Assembly (NCBI GenBank): GCA_963713545.1
Contig: CAVQME010000001.1
Location: 24,540-88,539 of the forward strand
From: an uncultured Actinomycetes bacterium
Lineage (GTDB): Bacteria > Actinomycetota > Thermoleophilia > RBG-16-64-13
DNA length: 64,000 nucleotides
Direction of reading: 5' to 3'
Of the stretch, positions 27,356 to 35,436 are shown piece by piece (position 1 is the stretch's first letter; the number at the start of each line of letters is the position of its first letter). Under the pieces are notes generated by a model. That model was not told the origin of the DNA. It worked only from the letters and a program-made list of their open reading frames with translations, and did no database searches. A program made the position numbers and the translations under genes.

Positions 27356-30115
27356 TTACTCGATCGTGAAATGGGCATGGCCCGCTCCCCAGAGCCCCAA
27401 GATCACTGCGGCCGCGATCGCTACGACGGCCGCGAGAAACAGCCAGTCGGCGGCTCTCACCACCATGCGTTCCCGGTAGGTCCGGTCCGGCAAAGCGCCG
27501 AAAGCCCGGGCGTCCATGGCTATCGCCACCCGCCCCCCCTTGCGCACCGCCCCCGCCAGCAGCGGGATGGAATAGCGACGCATGCGCGACCAAACGTGCA
27601 GGAAACCTGTCCGTTCCCGCACTCCCCGGACCCGCTGCGCAGCCCGTATGGTCTGGTAGTCGCTCTGGAACGCGGGGAGCATGCGATAGCCCACCATGGT
27701 CCCGTAGGCCACCCGATAGTTCAGACGGACCTGATGCACCAGACTGAGGATGAAGCGCTGCGGCTCGGTGGTCTTCACGAACACGATGGACAGCAGCGCG
27801 AAGCAGAGCAACCGCGCCCAGAGGGTGGCGGTAGCCCACAGAGCCGGACCGGTGATCTTGATCGGACCGATGTAGAAGAGGGCTGCAGCGGTGGCGTTCT
27901 CCTTGTTGAAGAAGATGTTGGCCAGCAGGATGGCTACGCCGGCGATGACGAACACCCACAGCGGGCGGAGCAGAGCCCGCGCACTAAGACGTCCAAGAAA
28001 CCGGCCGGCTAGAAAGACGAGGGCGAAGAGCACCGCCGGCGTGATGGGATCGAAGATGAACGTGAGCGCCAACGCGACCAGGATCACGGCAAGCAGCTTG
28101 ATGCTCGGATTGCGCCGGGTCAGGTAGCTGTGAAGAGCCACGTCTTGCGCAGGTGGGCCCGCCGGCCGGCCCACCGCCGGACGGGGAGCGCTCGCTGGTT
28201 CGCCGGCCGCGCGTCCCAGCGCAGAGGACCCCAAGGCCGGGGCGCTGGTCGAGGCTACGGCGGAGACCCGCACAGGGGACGCGGCCGACGTCGCTTTTGC
28301 ACCTGTCTTCGCGGCCGAGGCATTCGCCGGGACCGCCCCAGAGATTGTTCCGGCCGCCCCGAGGAAGGCCTCGACGGTCAGAAGACCTTCAGGCGTCCCC
28401 GCCATCGTGTGCAGCCCCCTGCACACGTGCCCCAGGGCCGGGACTGACAGGCCCGCGGCCTCGACCAGTTCCGGTTGCGAGAAGAAGGCCTCCGGAGTGC
28501 CCTGGTACACGGTCCTTCCCTGGCTGAGCGCGAGAAGTGATCCCGCGTGCTCCGAGATGAGGCGCATGTCGTGACTGACCATGGCCACCGTGCCCCCCTC
28601 GGCGCGGAACTCCTGCATCATCGCCATCAGCCGGGCCGCCTGAAACTCGTCCTGGCCCAGGGTAGGCTCATCGAGGATCAGGGCCGACTGACCACGTATG
28701 AGCATTGCCGCCACACTCAGCCTCCGCTTCTGACCCTGGCTCAGAGAGAATGGATTGGCCTCCGCCAGCCGCAGCAACCCCAGGCGCTCGAGCCAGTCGT
28801 CCACCAGTGCTCGCTGCTGAGGAGTGAGGTGCGCGCTCCCCTTGCGGCCGGCTCTCGGAGAAAGGCTGAAGGCCAGCTCCCCCGCCACCGTGTCGCTGAC
28901 GAACTGGTGCTCCGGGTTCTGGAATACGTAGCCCACCTCATCGCTCAAGGCCCAGGGGGACATGCCGGCCACGTCCCTCCCATCAAGGAAGACGGCGGCC
29001 GGCGGCGGATCGAGGACCCCGGTCAGCAGGGAAGCGAGAGTGCTCTTGCCGGCCCCGTTCTCTCCCACGATGGCGAGGAGGTCGCCTCGCCGGAGAGAGA
29101 CGGAGATGTCCGTGAGGGCGGAGTGGCCGTTGGGATACCGGAAGCTCAGGTTCCTGGTCTCCAGGTGGCTTTCGCCCCGCACACTGGGGGATGGATGACT
29201 CCACCGCGCTCCCCCGTAATCTTGGGACAGGCGCAACCGCTCAACCAGGCCCTGCGTCTCGGCCAAAGCAGCCACCGTTTCTACGACGCCGAGGGGGCTT
29301 CCAGGCACGCTCCACCCCGCTTCGCGTAGTGCCGCGACCAGTTCGGCCGTCTGCGGCAGCCACACCCCCGCTTCGGAAAGGCCGGCGCTGTGCTCATAGA
29401 AGGCCGCGGCGGGATCTCCGCGAAAGAGCAGGCGTCCCCCCGGGGCCAGCACGAGCACGCTGTCCACCCACTCGATCAACTCGTCGAGCTTGTGCTCGAT
29501 TATGACGATGGAGTGCCGCCCGTCTTTCGCAAGGCGCTTCAAGAGACTGAAGAGCTCGGAGGTGGCTCGCGGGTCAAGGTTCGCAGAAGGCTCGTCCAGC
29601 ACCAGCACGCGCGGTCCCATCGCCAAGACGGCGGCCAAGGCGACTCGTTGCTTCTCACCCCCCGACAGGGTGGCAAGGCGCCGCTGTCGAAACCCCTCGA
29701 GACCGACCCAACCCAGGGCCTGGTCGACAGTGGACTCGATCTCTTCCGGAGACCGGCGCAGGTTCTCAAGACCGAAGGCGATCTCGTCCTCCACCGTGAG
29801 TGTGCAGAACTGGGCGTCGGGGTCCTGGAAGACCAGCCCGGCCTCTTGTGCCAGCAGGTGGACGGGACTCTCACCCACCACCAACCCGGCCAGCACCACC
29901 TCACCGGAGTAGTCACCTTGGACCAAGTGCGGGATCAGCCCGTCCAGGCACAGGGTCAAGGTGCTCTTGCCCGACCCGCTCGGCCCCAGCATCAGCACGG
30001 TCTCGCCCGGGGCTACCGCGAAGGAGAGATCGACCAGCGCGGGCTCCAGCCGGGTAGCGTAGGTGAAGGACAGCCCGGTGGCTGCGATGGCCGAGCGAGA
30101 GGCGGGCGTGATCAG
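27356..30115 (-). CDS. ECF-transporter energising module, triple fusion EcfA-EcfA'-EcfT (YkoD/YkoC-like); probable CTG start
   Basis: Two ABC ATPase domains: GPSGSGKST...LSGGEKQR and GENGAGKST...LSQGQKRR. An Ala/Ser/Pro linker is followed by a polytopic EcfT-like C-terminus. The track ORF starts inside the first ATPase domain. The frame stays open upstream (GKGEEDLITPASRSAIAATGLSFTY) with no ATG, GTG or TTG. CTG at 30115-30113 overlaps the upstream gene's TGA. Confidence 0.82.
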   Translation of the reverse strand: MITPASRSAIAATGLSFTYATRLEPALVDLSFAVAPGETVLMLGPSGSGKSTLTLCLDGLIPHLVQGDYSGEVVLAGLVVGESPVHLLAQEAGLVFQDPDAQFCTLTVEDEIAFGLENLRRSPEEIESTVDQALGWVGLEGFRQRRLATLSGGEKQRVALAAVLAMGPRVLVLDEPSANLDPRATSELFSLLKRLAKDGRHSIVIIEHKLDELIEWVDSVLVLAPGGRLLFRGDPAAAFYEHSAGLSEAGVWLPQTAELVAALREAGWSVPGSPLGVVETVAALAETQGLVERLRLSQDYGGARWSHPSPSVRGESHLETRNLSFRYPNGHSALTDISVSLRRGDLLAIVGENGAGKSTLASLLTGVLDPPPAAVFLDGRDVAGMSPWALSDEVGYVFQNPEHQFVSDTVAGELAFSLSPRAGRKGSAHLTPQQRALVDDWLERLGLLRLAEANPFSLSQGQKRRLSVAAMLIRGQSALILDEPTLGQDEFQAARLMAMMQEFRAEGGTVAMVSHDMRLISEHAGSLLALSQGRTVYQGTPEAFFSQPELVEAAGLSVPALGHVCRGLHTMAGTPEGLLTVEAFLGAAGTISGAVPANASAAKTGAKATSAASPVRVSAVASTSAPALGSSALGRAAGEPASAPRPAVGRPAGPPAQDVALHSYLTRRNPSIKLLAVILVALALTFIFDPITPAVLFALVFLAGRFLGRLSARALLRPLWVFVIAGVAILLANIFFNKENATAAALFYIGPIKITGPALWATATLWARLLCFALLSIVFVKTTEPQRFILSLVHQVRLNYRVAYGTMVGYRMLPAFQSDYQTIRAAQRVRGVRERTGFLHVWSRMRRYSIPLLAGAVRKGGRVAIAMDARAFGALPDRTYRERMVVRAADWLFLAAVVAIAAAVILGLWGAGHAHFTIE

Positions 30116-30693
30116 ATCCTCTTCACCTTTCCCTCAGAGATCGCGAGACCGGAAAGAACGCCGGTCCTGGCAAGAGCGTCACCGAGCAGCCGCGACACGA
30201 GCGCGCCCAGCACCACCGAGCTGATGATGGCCAGGATGGCCGCGACTCCGATGCTGCCCCACGTGTAGGTACGGTAATAGCTGTACACGAACGTGTCGAG
30301 GAGGATGCTGAAGGCTCCTGCCACCGCCCCGGCCCCCCAGAGGGCGATCCCATCGAAGCGCTTCCAGCGGAAGCCCGCGAAGACAAGCTCCGCACCCGCT
30401 CCCTGTACTAGACCGCTCGCCATGGTCAGAATGCCCCATTGGTTCCCTAGCGCCATGCTCACGAACGCGGCCACCAGCTCACCGATCAGGGCCGCGCCGG
30501 GCCGACGGATGATGTACGGTACGAGCAGCCCTCCGATCATCCATACGCCGATGAGGGCGTAGGAGAAGGGGAACGGGATCACCTGGAATACGCTCGACCA
30601 GAGCAGGCCCCATCCCCAGAAGACGACTCCGACCGCGACAGCCAGAACCGCGGCCACGACCAGTTCTCTGGTGGTCCAGTCCTTGAAGGACAC
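30112..30693 (-). CDS. ECF-transporter S component, YkoE-like (HMP/thiamine)
   Basis: 193-aa hydrophobic ORF. Context is TPP riboswitch, TPK, YkoF-like, this gene, then the fused YkoD/YkoC-like gene. Confidence 0.78.
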   Translation of the reverse strand: MSFKDWTTRELVVAAVLAVAVGVVFWGWGLLWSSVFQVIPFPFSYALIGVWMIGGLLVPYIIRRPGAALIGELVAAFVSMALGNQWGILTMASGLVQGAGAELVFAGFRWKRFDGIALWGAGAVAGAFSILLDTFVYSYYRTYTWGSIGVAAILAIISSVVLGALVSRLLGDALARTGVLSGLAISEGKVKRI

Positions 30694-31157
30694 TAGAGCT
30701 CCATCCCCGAGGGTCGGGCCGTGGCTCCTGCTGCGGCCGTGCCGCCTCCCGAGAGGTCGCGCTGGATCTCGCCGACCAGTTCGTCCGTGGGCATGCCTGC
30801 GGCCAACGTGGCCGTCATGACTGCAGGACCCCGGCGCTGCGCGGCGCGGAACGCCGCCCGCAGCGCCGCGAACACCTGGTCCTCGCTGCCCGAAAGCAGG
30901 GTACTCAGGTTTCCCACCCTCACCGAGCAGCCCTCACCGCTCGCAGCACCGATGGCCGCCTGAACGGGACCGTCGATGTCTTCCTGTAGTAGCGGGTAGA
31001 CGGAGAACTGGCAGCCTACTATCTCGGGGCTCATGTATCCCGGCCTGTCTCCCGGCTTGGCGGCCCCTGCCCCCAGCCGGTCGGCAGTAATGTCCGGCCC
31101 AGCGGCCGTCGCCCCCGGCTGATCGGACATGTCATCTCTTATGGTCGACATGGACAT
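30693..31157 (-). CDS. YkoF/MTH1187-like thiamine/HMP-binding protein
   Basis: VGCQFSVYPLLQEDIDGPVQAAI...VGNLSTLLSGSEDQVFAAL matches the ACT-like YkoF repeat pattern. It sits in a thiamine operon context. Confidence 0.65.
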   Translation of the reverse strand: MSMSTIRDDMSDQPGATAAGPDITADRLGAGAAKPGDRPGYMSPEIVGCQFSVYPLLQEDIDGPVQAAIGAASGEGCSVRVGNLSTLLSGSEDQVFAALRAAFRAAQRRGPAVMTATLAAGMPTDELVGEIQRDLSGGGTAAAGATARPSGMEL

Positions 31158-31796
31158 CTACCTCCCGTGGTAGTGGATGAGAAGAAGCACGCCCTCGCCG
31201 TGCGTCACTCGGGCTGTTTCTCCGGTCATCGCATTGCTGACCCCTCTCGTGGCCGACTGGGAGAGCGGTCCGTAGACAAGCGGATAGAGCAGACCCTCTG
31301 TCCAAACGTCCTCCACCCGCGGCGTCAGCGGCAGCAGCGAGACTGTGTCGCCGCGCTCCCCGCTGAAAGTGCTGTCACCTTTGACCAGGAAGGCCTCGTG
31401 CCAGTCGTCCACCATGCGCACACGTGCGGCTGCCAACCACGGAGACGACAGAAGCAGGAGATTCCCCACCAAGTGATCCAAGCGGGGGCCGCCCAGTGCG
31501 CCATAGACCGTGATGTCATCCGCGCCCCGCTCCATCACCAGGCGTAGCGCCGCTTCGGTGTCGGTCTCGTCTTTGGCCGTGGGGAGCAACACCACTTCCA
31601 CCCCCTGGGCCTCGAGAGCCTCGCGAGTACGGATGGTAATGGAGTCGAGGTCACCCACCAACAACCCCGGTACCAGGCCGACCCGGGCCAATGTTTCCGC
31701 TCCCCCGTCGACCGCCACAAGGAGGTCGGCCGAGGCCAGAGTGGCAGCATCCAGTTGTGCGGTCAGACTGGAACCTGCGACCACGGCGACATGCAT
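31158..31796 (-). CDS. thiN: Thiamine pyrophosphokinase
   Basis: VAVDGGA...GDLDSI...KDETDTEAAL...GALGGPRLDHLVGN are TPK catalytic and thiamine-binding domain motifs. Confidence 0.88.
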   Translation of the reverse strand: MHVAVVAGSSLTAQLDAATLASADLLVAVDGGAETLARVGLVPGLLVGDLDSITIRTREALEAQGVEVVLLPTAKDETDTEAALRLVMERGADDITVYGALGGPRLDHLVGNLLLLSSPWLAAARVRMVDDWHEAFLVKGDSTFSGERGDTVSLLPLTPRVEDVWTEGLLYPLVYGPLSQSATRGVSNAMTGETARVTHGEGVLLLIHYHGR

Positions 31797-31889
31797 GGCA
31801 GACTCCCGCGTCGGGCATCGGGGAGCGGAGCGTTCTCTAGCGGAAAGACGCCGGCGCCTCTAGAAGGCGAACGGGCTAATGTGGATAAC

Positions 31890-31978
31890 CGTTACTTCCC
31901 TTCGCTGGCATTACCCAGATCAGGTTCGCAGGGTCTGTGGCAGAGCCACACTCTCAGCTACAACGCTCCCCTAGCAAG
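31890..31978 (-). promoter_or_regulatory. TPP (THI-box) riboswitch
   Basis: The minus strand reads GGGGAGCGUUGUAGCUGAGAGUGUGGCUCUGCCACAGACCCUGCGAACCUGAUCUGGGUAAUGCCAGCGAAGGGAAG. It contains the conserved CUGAGA and ACCUGAUCUGG-UAAUGCCAGCG elements. It lies upstream of the thiN/ykoFED-like operon. Confidence 0.92.
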
Positions 31979-32471
31979 GTATATAGAATGCTCATGGATT
32001 ATAGCATCGTGGGACATGAACTGCCCCAAACGGCAACGCTGCGCGAGCGGCACTTGTGTATAATCAAGCCGTTTGTGCCGGTTGCCCGAGCACGGCGACG
32101 TCTCTTCGACGCATCCTTCCTCAGTAGGTGGTATAGACTGCCGAGAACACGAGCGTTGCGGTCAGACGGTGCGATCTCCACTCGCACCCGAGTACCTCTT
32201 CCGGCGCCGATCACAGTGAGCTCGCCCGAGCGTTTTGGGCTGAGCTGGATGGGGGGTTGGTGAACACGCAAACACTGGCCGTCGAACGGCCGGTCCCGGG
32301 GCTGAACAAGCCACCGGCGGTTTGTGCTGGTCACTTTTCCCTCCCCTGTCTTGCCGGACGTTCCACCGGCACCGTTCACGCAGAGACGCCAAGCGACGCA
32401 GGTCCGGTCAACGGGACCATCATCCAGCACACATCCGTCGAGCGGCGCCAAACGACTCCGGGGAAGGGGTG

Positions 32472-33086
32472 ATGGTGTCTACAACCACGGACGACCGCAA
32501 GGCAAGCCCTACCGAACACGGTCTCACCGAGATCCGCTGGCACGCCAGAGGCGGCCAAGGAGCGGTGACCGCAGCCAAGATGGTGGCCGAACTGGCCCTC
32601 GGCCAGGGCAAGCACTTCCAGGCCTTCCCCGAGTACGGGCCCGAGCGCTCGGGAGCCCCCATCGTCGCCTTCACGCGGGTGAGCGACGAGCCCATCCAGC
32701 TCTACTGCGGTGTCGAGCATCCGGGCATCGTGGTGGTGCTCGATCCGTCGTTGCTCGGCACGATAGACGTCACCAAGGGCGCCCCTGACGACGCGATCCT
32801 GCTTGTCAACAGCGAGATGACGCCGGCCGAGCTGCGGAGGCACTACAAGCTCACGGGCGGGCGTCTCTTCACCATCGAGGCCACCCGGATAGCCAACGAG
32901 ACGATCCGCCGGCCCATCCCGAACACGCCCATGGTCGGCGCTCTCACCCGGATAACCGGACTCTTTCCGATCGACAAGGTGGTCGAATTCCTGCGCGTTG
33001 ATTTCGGCAAGAAGTTCCCTCCCAAGGTGGTGGAGGGCAATATCTCCGCCATCACGCGAGCCTACGAGGAGGTCAAGGGCGAATGA
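32472..33086 (+). CDS. porG: 2-oxoacid (pyruvate):ferredoxin oxidoreductase, gamma subunit
   Basis: ATG at 32472 follows GGGGAAGGGG. EIRWHARGGQGAVTAAKMVAELA...FPEYGPERSGAPIVAFTR is the typical PorG pattern. Confidence 0.92.
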   Translation: MVSTTTDDRKASPTEHGLTEIRWHARGGQGAVTAAKMVAELALGQGKHFQAFPEYGPERSGAPIVAFTRVSDEPIQLYCGVEHPGIVVVLDPSLLGTIDVTKGAPDDAILLVNSEMTPAELRRHYKLTGGRLFTIEATRIANETIRRPIPNTPMVGALTRITGLFPIDKVVEFLRVDFGKKFPPKVVEGNISAITRAYEEVKGE

Positions 33087-33406
33087 GCCCCGCGAAGAAG
33101 CCCCAGTGGGATGTCAGCGACATCGACACTTGGGGGCCCGACAAGCACGAGCTCGGAGCGACCATCCCCGTGTCGGGGAACTCCGAGGAGGTCGAGACCG
33201 GCGGCTGGCGCTCGATGGTGCCGGTCATAGATTCCGAGGCCTGCAGCGGCTGCATGCTCTGCTACTTCTACTGCCCCGACGCCTCGATCATTATCGAGGA
33301 CGGTAAAGCAGTGGGTATCGACCTCAAGCACTGCAAGGGTTGTGGCATCTGCGCCAAGGAATGCCCGGCCGACGCGATAGTCATGAAGAACGACGAGAAG
33401 GAGTGA
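33083..33406 (+). CDS. porD: 2-oxoacid:ferredoxin oxidoreductase, delta subunit (2x[4Fe-4S])
   Basis: CSGCMLCYFYCP and CKGCGICAKECP motifs. ATGA overlap with porG. Confidence 0.92.
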   Translation: MSPAKKPQWDVSDIDTWGPDKHELGATIPVSGNSEEVETGGWRSMVPVIDSEACSGCMLCYFYCPDASIIIEDGKAVGIDLKHCKGCGICAKECPADAIVMKNDEKE

Positions 33407-33410
33407 CGAG

Positions 33411-34613
33411 GTGGGCGGAGACAGCACCGGCACGCTCGCCGTCACCGGCAACGAAGCGGTAGCGGAAGCGATGCGCCAGATCAACCCGGACGTGGTGTGC
33501 GCCTATCCCATCACTCCCCAGACCGAGGTCGTGCAGCTCTACGCGCAGATGGTGGCCGACGGTAAGGTGACCTCCGAGTTCGTCACGGTGGAGTCGGAGC
33601 ATTCGGCCATGAGCGCCGTGATCGGCTCCGAAGCCGCCGGCGCACGGACGATGACGGCCACCTCCTCGCAGGGCTTCGCCCTGATGTGGGAGCTCCTCTT
33701 CGTGGCCTCGAGCTACCGGCTGCCGATCGTGATGACCACGGTAAACCGTGCGCTCAGCGGGCCCATCAATATCCACTGCGACCACAGCGACACCATGGGG
33801 GGCCGGGACTCGGGCTGGATCCAGCTCTACGGCGAGGACCACCAGCAGGCCTACGACAATTGCATCCAGGCCATCCGTATTGCCGAGCATATGGACGTGC
33901 GCACGCCGGCGATGCACATGTACGACGGCTACGTCATCAGTGGCGCTATCGGCCCCCTGGTGATGTTGCCGGACGAGCAGGTCCAGGACTTCATCGGCCC
34001 GTTCCGATCTGTCAACCCACTCCTTGACGCCAAGCACCCCGTCACCGTAGGTCCTTTCGACGGTTTGCACGGCTGGTACTTCGAGCACAAGGTCTCGCAG
34101 AATCGAGCGATGGACCGAGCTCTGAAGGTGATCCAAGACGTCGCAGACGAGTACGCGGAGTTGAGCGGACGGCACTACAGCCTCCTCGATCCCTACCGCC
34201 TGGAAGACGCCGAGATAGCCATAGTCGTTGTCGGCTCCACGGCCGGGACCACACGCATGATCGTGGACAAGCTCCGCGCCAAGGGCGTCCGGGCCGGGAT
34301 GATACGGGTGCGCGTGTTCCGTCCGTTCCCGGACGCGGCCTACGCAAAGGCCCTCGAGCACGTGAAAGTGGTCGGCGTCATGGATCGGGCCGATTCCTTC
34401 GGCGCTCAGGGAGGCCCACTGTTTCTCGAGATCCGCGCGGCCTTGTACGACAACGAACCGCGTCCCCAGGTGCTGCCGTTCATCTACGGCCTCGGCGGGC
34501 GCGATATCTTCCCCGACAACATCGAGCACGCCTTCTCCGTCCTGGAGGAGGCGGCCCATAGCAGGCAGCGAGCGTCCACCGAGCGCCGCTATCTGAACCT
34601 GCGCGAAGACTGA
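33411..34613 (+). CDS. porA: 2-oxoacid:ferredoxin oxidoreductase, alpha subunit
   Basis: 400-aa ORF. TGNEAVAEAMRQINPDVVCAYPITPQTEVV is the PorA N-terminus. GTG start follows AAGGAG. Confidence 0.95.
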   Translation: MGGDSTGTLAVTGNEAVAEAMRQINPDVVCAYPITPQTEVVQLYAQMVADGKVTSEFVTVESEHSAMSAVIGSEAAGARTMTATSSQGFALMWELLFVASSYRLPIVMTTVNRALSGPINIHCDHSDTMGGRDSGWIQLYGEDHQQAYDNCIQAIRIAEHMDVRTPAMHMYDGYVISGAIGPLVMLPDEQVQDFIGPFRSVNPLLDAKHPVTVGPFDGLHGWYFEHKVSQNRAMDRALKVIQDVADEYAELSGRHYSLLDPYRLEDAEIAIVVVGSTAGTTRMIVDKLRAKGVRAGMIRVRVFRPFPDAAYAKALEHVKVVGVMDRADSFGAQGGPLFLEIRAALYDNEPRPQVLPFIYGLGGRDIFPDNIEHAFSVLEEAAHSRQRASTERRYLNLRED

Positions 34614-34623
34614 GGGAGCCGGC

Positions 34624-35436
34624 ATGGCACGCGACAACGGTCACAAAGATAAGGGATCGGCGCTGTACGAGGTCCTGCAAGGGATCGACTTCGAGCGCCG
34701 GCAATTGGTCGGCAAGAAAGCGGGCACCGGTCTCTTCGACCTGGCCCGGGATGAGAATGGCGGCTACCGCTGCTACGCCTGCACGCTCTGCGAACGGACC
34801 TGCCCGGTGGACTGCATCGAACTCGAATACTGCCCTGATTTCCCGGAAGAGCCGTTCGATCTCGAAGCCGCGCGAGCCGCGGCCCTGACCACCCTTCCCG
34901 GGGAGAGTTGCGGCGCGGCTTCGGCCTGCGTCATGGGCGAGACACCGGCCGGTTTCATACCCGAGATCGACATGAAGCACTTCGATCCGGTGATCGCCGG
35001 CATCCGCTCGGGATCGGGACTGGTGGAAGCCCTGCACGCCACCCAGGAAGCCTACGGCTATCTGCCCCGTGTGGCCCTCGAAGCCATCGCGGACGAGATG
35101 CACCTGCCCTTCTCGCGGGTCTACGGCGTCGCCAGCTTCTACAGCCAGTTCCGGCTCCGACCGGTGGGCAAGTACGTCATCGACGTCTGTATGGGCACCG
35201 CCTGCCACGTGGCCGGCGCCCCGCTGGTGGCGGAGGCGTTCAGCCAGGAGCTCGAGATCCCTCTGGGGGGGACTACTCCCGACGGTCTCTTCACCCTGCA
35301 GACGGTGAACTGCGTCGGTGCCTGTGCCCTCGCCCCGGTGGTGCGCATCGGGAACGACGAGACGTTCGGCCGTATGGGACCCAATGAGGCCAGGCGATTG
35401 GTACGCAGGTTGCGTAAAGCGGAGGTGCGGGCATGA
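34624..35436 (+). CDS. NuoE/HydC-type [2Fe-2S] subunit with N-terminal ferredoxin-like extension
   Basis: The C-terminal two thirds form the NuoE fold: LHATQEAYGYLP...DVCMGTACHVAG...NCVGACALAPVV. The ~110-aa N-terminal extension carries CYACTLCERTCP plus further Cys residues. Confidence 0.9.
   Translation: MARDNGHKDKGSALYEVLQGIDFERRQLVGKKAGTGLFDLARDENGGYRCYACTLCERTCPVDCIELEYCPDFPEEPFDLEAARAAALTTLPGESCGAASACVMGETPAGFIPEIDMKHFDPVIAGIRSGSGLVEALHATQEAYGYLPRVALEAIADEMHLPFSRVYGVASFYSQFRLRPVGKYVIDVCMGTACHVAGAPLVAEAFSQELEIPLGGTTPDGLFTLQTVNCVGACALAPVVRIGNDETFGRMGPNEARRLVRRLRKAEVRA

Noticed and set aside
31999-32451. 150-aa minus-strand ORF inside the thiN-porG intergenic region
   Set aside because: The translation is Arg/Gly/Cys-rich with no motifs. 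It overlaps the TPP-riboswitch promoter region and the por leader, so it is probably non-coding.
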